This document shows positions 28,728-38,600 of a stretch of DNA of 53,196 bases, piece by piece. Source of the stretch: Candidatus Bathyarchaeia archaeon (lineage in GTDB: Archaea; Thermoproteota; Bathyarchaeia; Bathyarchaeales; Bathycorpusculaceae); contig JBMFOB010000009.1 of assembly GCA_049969855.1 (NCBI GenBank), positions 1-53,196 of the forward strand, written 5' to 3'. Position 1 is the stretch's first letter; each line of letters begins with the position of its first letter. A program made the translations under genes and the position numbers. The notes under the pieces were generated by a model. That model saw only the letters and a list, made by a program, of their open reading frames with translations. It made no database searches and was not told the DNA's origin.

Positions 28728-29876
28728 ACGGGTTCATCACAAACGTTTACCATAAAGTATGTTATCCACGCAAAATTCGAAATAGAAGGAGTAGTTGAAA
28801 AACCAGACGTTATAGGCGCAGTTTTCGGACAAACAGAAGGCCTCTTCGGACCAGAACTAGACTTGAGGGAACTGCAAAAATCGGGAAGAATTGGAAGAAT
28901 AGAAATTGAATTGCATTCTAAAAATGATAGGACTACTGGCACAATAACGATACCAACAAGCCTCGACAGAGTCTCCACAGCATTAATCGCAGCAAGCATA
29001 GAAAGCATAAACCGAGTTGGACCATGCGCATCAAAAGTAACCCTAGAAAAAATTGAAGACGTAAGAGAAGCCAGAAGAAAAGTGATAATTGACAGGGCAA
29101 AGGAGATTCTCCACAAATGGACAATTGAAACCATGCCATCCGTAGACGAAGTCTTCAAGGAAGTTGCGGAAACACTAAAAGCCGTAAAAGTCGAAAAATA
29201 TGGGCCAGAAGAATTATCCGCCGGACCAGAAGTTGACAGTTCCAAAGAGATAATCATTGTTGAGGGAAGGGCAGACGTAATAAACCTCATGCGCTGCGGA
29301 ATGCTCAATGTAATAGCCCTTGAAGGAGCAAAGGTTCCAGAAACAATAAAGAGATTAACAAAAGAGAAAGAAGCAACAGCCCTTCTGGATGGAGACAGAG
29401 GCGGAGACCTAATCTTAAAAGAGCTAATGCAAGTAACAAACGTGAAATATGTTGCCAGAGCTCCCAGAGGAAAAGAGGTTGAAGAGTTAAACTGCAAAGA
29501 AATTTTTGAGGCTTTAGAGGCGAAGGTTTCAATAGAAGAATCGCTTAAGCCGCCCAGAAGAGAGAAACATAAAATAGAGATTCCAAAGGAAATCGCTCAA
29601 GTAATGAAAGGTTTGGAAGGAACATTGGAGGCTATTCTCTTAAATGATAAGTTGGAGCAGATAGAGCGACTGCCAGTAAGCCAACTCGCCGAAAAACTTC
29701 AACAAATAGAAGGCGTCAACACAATCATATTCGACGGAGTCATAACCCAAAGAATTGTTGACGTGGCAAGCGAGAAAAACATAAAAAACATTATTGCTTC
29801 ACGAATATCAGACGCTGTTAAACCACCATTAAACGTTCAACTACTAACATTCTCGGATGTTCTTAGCGATGGCTGA
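28728..29876 (+). CDS. dnaG: Archaeal DnaG (Toprim primase-like, exosome-associated); probable ACG start
   Basis: Conserved KYVIHAKFEIEGVVEKPDVIGAVFGQTEGL lies upstream of the ORF-track start; VEGRADV, DGDRGG; GGAGGTG at 28714-28720. Confidence 0.93.
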   Translation, partial: TGSSQTFTIKYVIHAKFEIEGVVEKPDVIGAVFGQTEGLFGPELDLRELQKSGRIGRIEIELHSKNDRTTGTITIPTSLDRVSTALIAASIESINRVGPCASKVTLEKIEDVREARRKVIIDRAKEILHKWTIETMPSVDEVFKEVAETLKAVKVEKYGPEELSAGPEVDSSKEIIIVEGRADVINLMRCGMLNVIALEGAKVPETIKRLTKEKEATALLDGDRGGDLILKELMQVTNVKYVARAPRGKEVEELNCKEIFEALEAKVSIEESLKPPRREKHKIEIPKEIAQVMKGLEGTLEAILLNDKLEQIERLPVSQLAEKLQQIEGVNTIIFDGVITQRIVDVASEKNIKNIIASRISDAVKPPLNVQLLTFSDVLSDG

Positions 29877-30013
29877 GCAAATTCGTTGTAACTTGAAAAA
29901 TATTATGTGCAATAAATATTAACTATAGATTCACATAAAATAAATATTGACAATTTCTTTTAATCATGGATTAAAGTTTAAATAAGTAAAAATAAACTCT
30001 AACTTATATCTGT

Positions 30014-30892
30014 GTGGTGGAGATGCTATCAATTCCGGATACAAAGAGTAGTTCTTTAAGAAGGATTGTTCGTGATGATACTTCCCCTAGCTTACAATTT
30101 GACACCGTTAATGAGGCGTTTAAGGATTTTAAATCAGGCGTTTCAACTGTTGTAGAAAGCAATTTGAATCTACTCAAAGAGGTTCCATTACATTACAAGC
30201 TACGTTTTGAGGATTTAAAAGAGTATTTAGAGAGTCAGATAATAGCAGATTTAAGTAAGGATTTGCTGTTTGAGCAAGCGATTGAAATAAGCAGATATGC
30301 ACGAAACATGTACGAATTAATGGACTCTTATTTTCATAAAATCTTTAATTTTCATCAAGAGCTGAAGAAGCAATTGTATTCAGAGATGTTCAGCACCTCT
30401 AAGATGTTCCTTAACTCTGACTTACCCATATCATTTGTGAATACTATAGGGGAATCTTTACTAACCGAGATAGACTATCTTGACATATTTGACAAAGAGA
30501 TACGGAAGGAGAGATTTGATTTAATCAGATACCGTAGTAATCGTCCTAAGTTTAAGAGAGTGTGTGAAAAGCACAACCTTTGGGTTAAAAGATTTGATGA
30601 AATAAGAGAAAAAATGGAACGCGAACGAGTGAAGCTGGTCTGGTATGTAGATTTTAACAATTCGCAAGGTCTCAGTGAAGTATTCAAAGAGAAAACGATT
30701 AAAGTGAACTTGTTAAATAAATCAACGTTATATCAGCTTATTCTCAGATTGCAGGAGCAAACTCGAAGAATGGAAGAGTTGAATAGTTCTAAAATAGAGT
30801 TTCTTTCATTTCTGAAGCAAGAAACAGACGAAGGAACAAAAGCATTGCTTAGGATGATACAGATTCTTAATCAACAAGAAGGAACGACATGA
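30014..30892 (+). CDS. Hypothetical helical protein in AT-rich islet
   Basis: 292-aa ORF, no recognisable motif, lower GC than flanks. Confidence 0.65.
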   Translation: MVEMLSIPDTKSSSLRRIVRDDTSPSLQFDTVNEAFKDFKSGVSTVVESNLNLLKEVPLHYKLRFEDLKEYLESQIIADLSKDLLFEQAIEISRYARNMYELMDSYFHKIFNFHQELKKQLYSEMFSTSKMFLNSDLPISFVNTIGESLLTEIDYLDIFDKEIRKERFDLIRYRSNRPKFKRVCEKHNLWVKRFDEIREKMERERVKLVWYVDFNNSQGLSEVFKEKTIKVNLLNKSTLYQLILRLQEQTRRMEELNSSKIEFLSFLKQETDEGTKALLRMIQILNQQEGTT

Positions 30893-30895
30893 GAT

Positions 30896-31733
30896 TTGTC
30901 ATTTAGCCAAGTTGAAGGCTTTTTTGTAGATGCATGCGTTCTATTCCCTCAAGCGTCGGAAACTATGACTCAATCATGCCTCTCTTTTCTGAAAGAAAAA
31001 TGCTACACGTTGCATTCTATCTTCTTCGGTGAAGAATGAAGCTATTGATTTGATTGAGAAGTCTTATGCATTTATTGTTTCGAGCATACATTCGGAATTG
31101 AAACCGTTTTTGGAAAAGCAAGGAATTAAGGAGTTAAGTAACAAGCACGGTAAGTTTATGGCACAATTCTTTATGGAGAGAAGGCGAGAACTGAAGAAGA
31201 AGTTCAAATCAAACGTTCCAAGAGAGATGATTGGAGCTCTCGAAAATTATGTAGCAGCTCGTCTTCACTCTTTGAAAAGTGGACAAAAAATATCAGTTGA
31301 TAATTTTTTGGCGGTGCTAACAACAGAATTAGGTATTAGCAAGCATAACTTGAAAGCTCCCTTCATGGGAATTAGAGATGTCGAAATCGTACCAGATGAT
31401 TCGATAGTTTCTCAGATTGTATTAGGAGCCTTTCTCTTAAATCAGAACGATGCAAAACATCTTGCATCTGCATTGATTTATCAGTTTAAACAGAACAAAT
31501 GGGTGATATTTGTTACAACTGACGAAACAGAAATATTAAGTAAAACACAAGAATTATTCAACATATTTGCTTTACAGTGTTCAAGCCCTGAATGGGCATC
31601 AGATTATTACGATGAAATGACTAGATTGAATGCTCCAATAGAGTATTTTAAAACACTCAATACTTATTCAAGTATACAGAAAGAATTTGCAAATAACATT
31701 GAGCGAATCATAGGAAAGAAAATTACCCCATAA
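30896..31733 (+). pseudogene. PIN-domain protein interrupted by a 1-nt frameshift
   Basis: FFVDACVL in one frame (TTG 30896); CILSSSVKNE...DAKHLASAL...FVTTD in the +1 frame; junction in the A-run at 30996-31000. Confidence 0.7.
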
Positions 31734-31848
31734 GGAAGGAATATGTCAATCAATTTGTTAATTCATTTCATTAATTAGTTCCAAAAAATGTCACAAAATC
31801 TTTTCACCATTCACTGATTAACCAATGACGCTTCCAAACATCGAAGGT

Positions 31849-34230
31849 TTAGCTTCCGAAAAAGTCTGTTAGTTTTGTTCCCTTTTCTTCAACTTGCGAA
31901 GTCATCAGTTGCTCTTCTGTTATGCCAAAACTTTCGAGAACTCTGGCTGCTGCTGGAACAATCTGCTTTGACACGTAATATTCCATATCCACCTCATCGT
32001 AAGAAGCAAACATGTAGGGTTTAACCCTCTCGTAAAGGCGTCCAGCGCCAGCAACAACCACAAACCCAATTTTGTCGCCGACAGAAAGTTTCCATCCCTT
32101 CTCCATCAACATTTTTGCAGCCTCCACATGGGAAGCTTTAACCTCGTACTCTTCTGGAGCTTTTGTTAATGTTTTCCATATTATTAGGTCTCTGTATGGA
32201 ATGCGCTTCTGCCTCAACTCATAAATGGTTTGCTGCACATATTTAGCAGCCTTTTTAGGAGACTGCTCCTTCAAAACTATTTCCAAAACCCGCTCCTGCA
32301 CTTTCTTGGCTATAGACGCCCAATCACCCCGAATAACCTCTAAACCAACAATGTCAAGTTGTCCATCTGGCAAGAGCCCCGCATAACGCTTTTTGGCTTC
32401 TGTGAAGAAAATGCGCACATAAACCTTGTCTGGCTTAACCTCTAAACCTAACTTTTCTTCAATTTCCCTTGATAGTTTGTCAATTTTTTCTGGCTCATGT
32501 TTTATGAAAATGCTGTCAGTGTCGCCATAAACCACTTTTAAACCAGCTTCTTCAGCCATTTTAATAGCGTTCAAAATCGTATGTCTTCCCCATGCTGTTG
32601 CTGCTTCTGCCACGGGTTTTATGTACCATCTTGCGCCTATCCAACCAGCATAACCATAAGAAGCATTAGTAATAACCTTCACAGCCTTTTGACGAGCATC
32701 CAAAACACGATATTCAACACTTCCAGCCGCTGTCTTCTTCATTTTTGAGCGAATTTCATCCCGCACTTTTATGAGATAGGATAAGACTTCTTTGTAGAAG
32801 CCTACGGGTTCTTTTCGGAATTTATGTTTAACTTCTGGGGCTTCGTAGAATCCGCTTTTGGGCAGTGGTTCTTTAGGCGATATATAAGTGTCTGGGGATA
32901 GGTTGTAGGTTATCATGAGGTTTGGGTACATGGATTTAAAGTCTAAAACGGCGATGTTTTCATGCAAGCCCGGCTCTGGCTTGAGCACTATGGCGCCCAC
33001 GTATGGTCTGTAGGGTTGTTCGATTCTTTTTGGCACGAGTTCGCCTATTTTTTGTGCATGTTTTATTAGAAACCATTCTACTCGGAAGCCGACGGCTGCC
33101 GTGCCAACATGGTCTATTGGTAAGCCTACAAGGTTTGAAAGTTGCATGGCAAAATCTAAAATGGCTTGGGCTATGCCCATTATGCATTTTGTGTTTTCCA
33201 TGGAAAACTTCTTTAAAGTTTCACGTTTTGTTTTGTCGTCCCAGTAATCGGCAAAATTCACATCCTCAATTAATGTTCGTTCCTCAATTTTCATAACGCC
33301 CAAATAATCAGCCATGTTCTCCAAAGTTTTAACTTTGATTTCTGGAAATTCATCGGCATAATCCAACAAGTCAATGTTGGCTCTTCCAGTTATTGAAACA
33401 TGCCCATAAACGCTTGTGTGCGGTTCTGTTCCAGCCCTATCAACATGCAACCGCAATCCAACCTTCTTGCACCTTTCGTTGAGATATTGCCAATCCAGCC
33501 CGTTTACGCCAAAACCAACAATAATGTCTGGGTCAAATTTTCGAACATAACTTATGAAAGCTTCTAAAATTGGCTTGTCATTTCGGTTTTCATCTGCAAC
33601 AAACTGTTTTTCTTCGCCATTATTTGTTGCTGCAGAAATTATTATCACAGGGTTTCTGTCTGGTTTTGGTGAACCTTCACGGCTATAGCATATTGTTGAG
33701 AAGCCCAGAATTCGCAGCGGTGGAACTTCGGTTTTTTCAACAAGTTTTGGGTAAGATTTTGCTTCGTAAACTTTGTCAACTTGAATTGGCGATGTGCTTT
33801 TTTCTTCAGTCACTTCGATTTCGTGCCATCCGCAAGGCGCCACATCATTGTCTATTAAGTATCGCATGGAATATCGAATGTCATCTTCGAGGCATTCTTT
33901 GACGCCTTCGACTTTTCGAAAAGCCTTGGCATATTTTGGTATAACATCCGGATTTTTACAATAAACTTTTATGGCTTTCACTGGCTTTCCAAAAAACTTG
34001 CGTTCAACAACTTCCAACTGCTCCACAAGGGGATAATGCGCCTTCCCAACTTCTTTAGCAACTTCCCCAGCGTCTGCACCTTCTTCAACAACAATGTAAA
34101 AGTAGTCAAGAAAATTTCTGTCAATAACGAGGATTCGCCTTCCAGAATCGTCTATGCCCCAAAGCCAAATTTCAGGCGTATCATTTTTCACTTCATAATT
34201 CACGTCTAAAAGCCAAAAAGTAACCGTCAT
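31849..34230 (-). CDS. polB: Family B DNA polymerase (PolB3-like) with degenerate 3'-5' exonuclease motifs
   Basis: DFKSMYP, KVITNASYGY, YGDTDS, KKRY, C-terminal PIP-like TKLTDFF. Confidence 0.96.
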   Translation of the reverse strand: MTVTFWLLDVNYEVKNDTPEIWLWGIDDSGRRILVIDRNFLDYFYIVVEEGADAGEVAKEVGKAHYPLVEQLEVVERKFFGKPVKAIKVYCKNPDVIPKYAKAFRKVEGVKECLEDDIRYSMRYLIDNDVAPCGWHEIEVTEEKSTSPIQVDKVYEAKSYPKLVEKTEVPPLRILGFSTICYSREGSPKPDRNPVIIISAATNNGEEKQFVADENRNDKPILEAFISYVRKFDPDIIVGFGVNGLDWQYLNERCKKVGLRLHVDRAGTEPHTSVYGHVSITGRANIDLLDYADEFPEIKVKTLENMADYLGVMKIEERTLIEDVNFADYWDDKTKRETLKKFSMENTKCIMGIAQAILDFAMQLSNLVGLPIDHVGTAAVGFRVEWFLIKHAQKIGELVPKRIEQPYRPYVGAIVLKPEPGLHENIAVLDFKSMYPNLMITYNLSPDTYISPKEPLPKSGFYEAPEVKHKFRKEPVGFYKEVLSYLIKVRDEIRSKMKKTAAGSVEYRVLDARQKAVKVITNASYGYAGWIGARWYIKPVAEAATAWGRHTILNAIKMAEEAGLKVVYGDTDSIFIKHEPEKIDKLSREIEEKLGLEVKPDKVYVRIFFTEAKKRYAGLLPDGQLDIVGLEVIRGDWASIAKKVQERVLEIVLKEQSPKKAAKYVQQTIYELRQKRIPYRDLIIWKTLTKAPEEYEVKASHVEAAKMLMEKGWKLSVGDKIGFVVVAGAGRLYERVKPYMFASYDEVDMEYYVSKQIVPAAARVLESFGITEEQLMTSQVEEKGTKLTDFFGS

Positions 34231-34308
34231 GCTTATCGCCTTCATAAATGAAAAGTGGAGAAAAGTTTCTTTTAACACTTTTTAATAGTCACCAACACTA
34301 TTTCATAA

Positions 34309-35415
34309 GTGCATGCAAAAGAGGATAGAGCAGTTTTGAAAATCTTAGAGATGAACCTAAAAAAGGGCATTGTTAAGGTAGTGCCCGAAACGTTTGATGA
34401 CCTATGGCACTTATACAACATAATCTACGAAAAAGACGAAGTTCACGCTCGCACATCAAGAGAAATAAAGCCAGAAGAAGGCGGATACGCAAGACCAAAA
34501 CGCGGCAAAAGAGTGCCAGTCTTCTTAGGAATTAAAGTTGAAAGCGTAAAATGGGACAAGCTTCTTGGCAGACTCAGAGTTCACGGAAAAATCTGCGAAG
34601 CGCCAGAAATTGTTCCAACAGGCGCCAGCCACACGCTTAACATTGCTCTAGACACGCCAGTAACCATCGTGAAGAAAGAGTGGGCTAGGCATCACCTTGA
34701 AAGGTTGGAGTGGGCACGCAAAACAACAGAAAAACCAGTGATAATCATCGCCATAGACGATGACGGTTACGCAATAGCCACAACAGCCCAATACGGCGTC
34801 GAAGTTAGGGCAGAAGAGAGCATAAGGCTTCCAGGAAAGTTGGAGGCAGATAAAAGAGATAATGCAACAAAAGAATACTTCAGAAAGGCACTGAACAGTT
34901 TACGCCAAATTTGGGCTGCCACTCAAAGTCCAATAGCAATCATTGGAGTTGGCTTTGTGAAAAATGATTTTGCAAAATTCATAGAAAACGAAGCCTCAGA
35001 CATAGCCAAGATGGTTGTGGATGTTAAAAGCGTCAACAACAGCGGCGTGGCTGGAATATATGAGGCCTTACGTTCAGGCGTGTTGTTAAAAGCCATGAAG
35101 CAACAGCGAATCGCCCAAGAAACAGAAATAGTGGAGGAAATTTTAAAAAGAATTGGAAAAGGCGAAACAAATGTTGCCTACGGGTTTGAGGAAGTTAAAA
35201 AAGCCGCAGAGTTAGGCGCTGTCGAAAAACTCGTCTTAACGGATGTAACCTTACGCGAATCCTCAGACGAAAAAAGGCTAATAATAGAAGATTTAATGAA
35301 AAATGTTGAGAAGAAAGGCGGAAACATAACAGTCATAAGCACAGAACACGAAGCCGGCGTAAAGCTCATGGCTTTGGGAGGCATAGTCGCTCTTCTTCGC
35401 TTCGCATTACATTAG
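34309..35415 (+). CDS. pelA: mRNA surveillance protein Pelota
   Basis: PETFDDLWHLYNII, RLRVHG, SHTL, LGGIVALLRF. Confidence 0.96.
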   Translation: MHAKEDRAVLKILEMNLKKGIVKVVPETFDDLWHLYNIIYEKDEVHARTSREIKPEEGGYARPKRGKRVPVFLGIKVESVKWDKLLGRLRVHGKICEAPEIVPTGASHTLNIALDTPVTIVKKEWARHHLERLEWARKTTEKPVIIIAIDDDGYAIATTAQYGVEVRAEESIRLPGKLEADKRDNATKEYFRKALNSLRQIWAATQSPIAIIGVGFVKNDFAKFIENEASDIAKMVVDVKSVNNSGVAGIYEALRSGVLLKAMKQQRIAQETEIVEEILKRIGKGETNVAYGFEEVKKAAELGAVEKLVLTDVTLRESSDEKRLIIEDLMKNVEKKGGNITVISTEHEAGVKLMALGGIVALLRFALH

Positions 35416-35417
35416 GC

Positions 35418-36125
35418 TCATACAGTTTTTAATCTCCTACGCACTGCTGGATTCTGGTCAGCAAGCCTCTTCAAAGCCAACTCAAAAGTTTCATCACCCG
35501 AAAGCTCTTTCTGAATGAAAACTCCAGTTCTGCCAACCTCGTCTCTTCTTAAAAGCGCATGAACACGGTCCAAAACGGTTTCAACAGATATCCCCAAAAG
35601 CTTAGCAACATGCTCTTCCCGACCCACAATTGTGCTTTCTTTATGTCCTTCCTTTGTAGGTTCAATTAGCATCAACCGTTTATCCACTCCGCAAACGCGC
35701 ACTTTATCCCTTAAATTTTTGAGTGTTGCCTCGCCGCCGAAACGGTAGAATTCCCGCTCCACCTTGCGCATTTTCATCAAAAGAAAAGAAATAGCCGTAT
35801 TCGCGTCTATTTCGATGTAGGCTTTCATGGCATATGATGGCGTTGCCTGCACAATCAAACGTCTATCAGCCTTTACTCCAGCCTTTTCTAAAGCCGATTC
35901 CACAATGAAAGAAGAGGCTTGAAAGGGTATGAAAATGTCTATGTCGCTTTTCTCGTTCACATCGCCTCTTGCAATGCTCCCATGAATTATGGATTCCAAA
36001 TTAAAAATTTCCAAAGCCTCCATTATCCGCATGGCTTTACATCTAAAATTTTCAAGCAAACTCCAACGCTTAGCGTCATACACAACTTCTCGATATTCCA
36101 AACGTCTCTCAGGCTTTGCAGCCAT
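35418..36125 (-). CDS. Archaeal nucleotidyltransferase-domain protein (COG2413-like)
   Basis: HGSIARGDVNEKSDIDI, QATP, EFYRFGG, GVDKRL, GRTGVF. Confidence 0.88.
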   Translation of the reverse strand: MAAKPERRLEYREVVYDAKRWSLLENFRCKAMRIMEALEIFNLESIIHGSIARGDVNEKSDIDIFIPFQASSFIVESALEKAGVKADRRLIVQATPSYAMKAYIEIDANTAISFLLMKMRKVEREFYRFGGEATLKNLRDKVRVCGVDKRLMLIEPTKEGHKESTIVGREEHVAKLLGISVETVLDRVHALLRRDEVGRTGVFIQKELSGDETFELALKRLADQNPAVRRRLKTV

Positions 36126-36201
36126 GATTCTGCCTCTTCTTCAAAAGACTATTGTATTTGATTTATTTTTAGTAATTGGTAATAAAACAGAATGTGAAGC
36201 G

Positions 36202-37149
36202 ATGATGAGAAAAACTACCATAGTATGCAGCGTTTGTAAGCGCAGAGAACCATTTTTTTATAGGCAATATTCTGGAGAAAGACTCTGCAAAAAATGTTTC
36301 ACAGAATCAATTGAAGCGAAGGCTAAGGCTACCATAGCAAAGTATAGAATGCTCGAATTTGACGATAGAATAGCTGTTGCAGTTTCTGGCGGAAAAGACA
36401 GTGTCAGCCTTCTCCACATTTTAGCAAAAATTGAGCGCAATTATCCGAAAGCTTCGCTTGTTGCGGTTACTGTGGATGAGGGAATTAAGGGCTACCGTGA
36501 CGAAGCCTTAAAAATAGCAGAGGAAAACTGCAAAAAACTCGGAATAGAACATCACATAGTCTCCTTCAAAGAACTTTACGGACATAGACTTGATGAAGTG
36601 GTTAGGAAGTTAAAAGAGAAAGGAGATTCGGAGCTTACGCCATGCGCATACTGCGGCGTAATGAGAAGAAAAGCATTAAACATAGCCGCCAGAAAACTTG
36701 AAGCAAACAAAATTGCAACAGCCCACACATTAGACGATGAAACCCAAACGATTCTCCTAAACATTCTTCACGGCGACGCCTTACGAATAGCAAGAGAAAA
36801 ACCAGTAACAGACGAAAAACATCCAAAACTCGTGCAGAGAATAAAGCCCTTCTGTGAAATTCCAGAAAAGGAAACAGCCCTCTATGCTTATGTTAAAAAA
36901 ATAAAGTTTCAAAGCACACCATGCCCCTACGCTTCAGAAGCATTAAGAAACGACATCCGCACAATGCTCAACCGCATGGAAGAGAAACATGCAGGAATAA
37001 AATTCACAATTTTTAAATCAATAGAAAAAATCCGTCCAGCACTGGAAAAAATTGCCAAGAAAGAAGGCTTAAGAGAATGCAGCGAATGCGGAGAACCAAC
37101 AACAGAGAGAATATGTAAAACTTGCCAAATGCTCAAAGAAATAGGATAG
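36202..37149 (+). CDS. tRNA 2-thiolation protein, TtuA/Ncs6/NcsA family (TIGR00269-like)
   Basis: N- and C-terminal Zn fingers, SGGKDS PP-loop, CAYCGVMRR, CPY. Confidence 0.92.
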   Translation: MMRKTTIVCSVCKRREPFFYRQYSGERLCKKCFTESIEAKAKATIAKYRMLEFDDRIAVAVSGGKDSVSLLHILAKIERNYPKASLVAVTVDEGIKGYRDEALKIAEENCKKLGIEHHIVSFKELYGHRLDEVVRKLKEKGDSELTPCAYCGVMRRKALNIAARKLEANKIATAHTLDDETQTILLNILHGDALRIAREKPVTDEKHPKLVQRIKPFCEIPEKETALYAYVKKIKFQSTPCPYASEALRNDIRTMLNRMEEKHAGIKFTIFKSIEKIRPALEKIAKKEGLRECSECGEPTTERICKTCQMLKEIG

Positions 37150-37199
37150 GCATAGCCAACCGCTATTCATATAAAGACGAAAAATTGAACAAAAAGCAT

Positions 37200-37955
37200 A
37201 TGAATGATTTGATTGCAACATTGGTTTCAGTTACAACAGTTAGCCTCATATCATTAATCGGAGTTGCTTTCATAGGCTTAAAGGAGGATCTGTTAAAGCG
37301 AATTTTAATGATTTTTGTAGGCTTCTCTTCAGGCACTCTGTTGGGCAGTGCTTTTCTTGATTTGCTGCCAGAAGCCATAAATTCAGAATTTGGAGAAGCA
37401 GCCTTATATTACGTTATAATAGGCATAGTTTCCTTTTTCGCCCTAGAAAAGTTCCTTTATTGGCGCCACTGCCACGAAGAAGAATGCCCAGTCCACATGT
37501 TTGTTTACCTCAACCTTGTTGGGGATGGAATCCACAACTTCATCGATGGAATGATAATCGCAGCCACCTACATTCTTTCCTTTGCAATTGGAAACTACTA
37601 CTTAGGTTTTGCAACTACACTAGCGGTAATTTTCCATGAAATCCCCCAAGAAATTGGAGACTTCGGAGTTCTAATATATGGCGGTCTCACAAAAAAGAAG
37701 GCTTTAGCCTACAACTTCATTTCAGCCATAACCGCAATCTTGGGCGCAATAACAACCTATTTTCTCACATACATCCAGAGCATAGCAATTTTACTCGTCG
37801 CCTTCGCCGCTGGCGGTTTTATTTACATAGCAGCAACAGACCTCATGCCCGAACTTCACAAAAGAACTCGTGCAAGCACTTCAATCACCCAGTTTCTAAC
37901 AATCGTTTTAGGAATAGGATTGATGGCTTACCTCAAAACTGTTACCGGAGCTTAA
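37200..37955 (+). CDS. ZIP-family metal transporter
   Basis: LDLLPEA, GDGIHNFIDG, HEIPQEIGD, DLMPELH. Confidence 0.94.
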   Translation: MNDLIATLVSVTTVSLISLIGVAFIGLKEDLLKRILMIFVGFSSGTLLGSAFLDLLPEAINSEFGEAALYYVIIGIVSFFALEKFLYWRHCHEEECPVHMFVYLNLVGDGIHNFIDGMIIAATYILSFAIGNYYLGFATTLAVIFHEIPQEIGDFGVLIYGGLTKKKALAYNFISAITAILGAITTYFLTYIQSIAILLVAFAAGGFIYIAATDLMPELHKRTRASTSITQFLTIVLGIGLMAYLKTVTGA

Positions 37956-38160
37956 CGTCCTTCCGCTTTGAAACGGCATCACTTTTAAATTTACGCATAA
38001 TCATGGACGCTTCATGAACACTGCTTGCTGAAGCCACCTTCTTCGCCTTTTCCACGAAAACCTTAGAGCCACAGTATGGACAAGTCCTTGTTTTCTGCCC
38101 AGACTCAGCTAACAAGAAACCACCACATTTATGGCAAACAACCACGAGAAAAGATTTCAT
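37942..38160 (-). CDS. DUF1922-like Zn-ribbon protein
   Basis: CHKCG...KTRTCPYCG. Confidence 0.8.
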   Translation of the reverse strand: MKSFLVVVCHKCGGFLLAESGQKTRTCPYCGSKVFVEKAKKVASASSVHEASMIMRKFKSDAVSKRKDVKLR

Positions 38161-38226
38161 GGCTTATTCTATCCGAAAACCTTTTCCACGAACCACTAAA
38201 TAACCCTTAATATCAGAGGAGGAGAA

Positions 38227-38595
38227 ATGAACAGCGAAAACAATGCAGAGAAAAAGCCAACATCTCCCTTAAGGGAGTTGGCTATACAATACTTCAAAAA
38301 AGACGGCTACAAAGTGGAACAAGAAAATACCACCCTTGAAGGTTATAGCGGAATTTTAAGGAAATTTGATTTAATAGTTCAGAAGGGACGTGTAACCCAA
38401 GGAGTTTGGATAAGAGAATGGAACAGAACAATAGGCATAAACGTCATAATAAACCTTGACAAGGCTTCCGAAGACGTGGGGCTCTCAAACCCAATAATAA
38501 TAGGAGAAAAATTCAGCGACCACGCAAAGGCTTATGCAAACAGAAGAAAAATCATCCTACTAACAAAAAGACAAGTTTCCCCAAAACTTAGATAA
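38227..38595 (+). CDS. Mrr-like / restriction-endonuclease-fold small protein
   Basis: YFKKDGYKV, GYSG...FDL, FSDHAKAYA...IILL; second catalytic motif (ExK) not evident. Confidence 0.7.
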   Translation: MNSENNAEKKPTSPLRELAIQYFKKDGYKVEQENTTLEGYSGILRKFDLIVQKGRVTQGVWIREWNRTIGINVIINLDKASEDVGLSNPIIIGEKFSDHAKAYANRRKIILLTKRQVSPKLR

Positions 38596-38600
38596 ACCAC

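Noticed and set aside
35989-36201. Long N-terminal extensions in the ORF track (also pheS 23452, pheT 25016, permease 10349, ZIP 37122)
   Set aside because: They overlap neighbouring genes or promoter regions; downstream starts match the family N-termini
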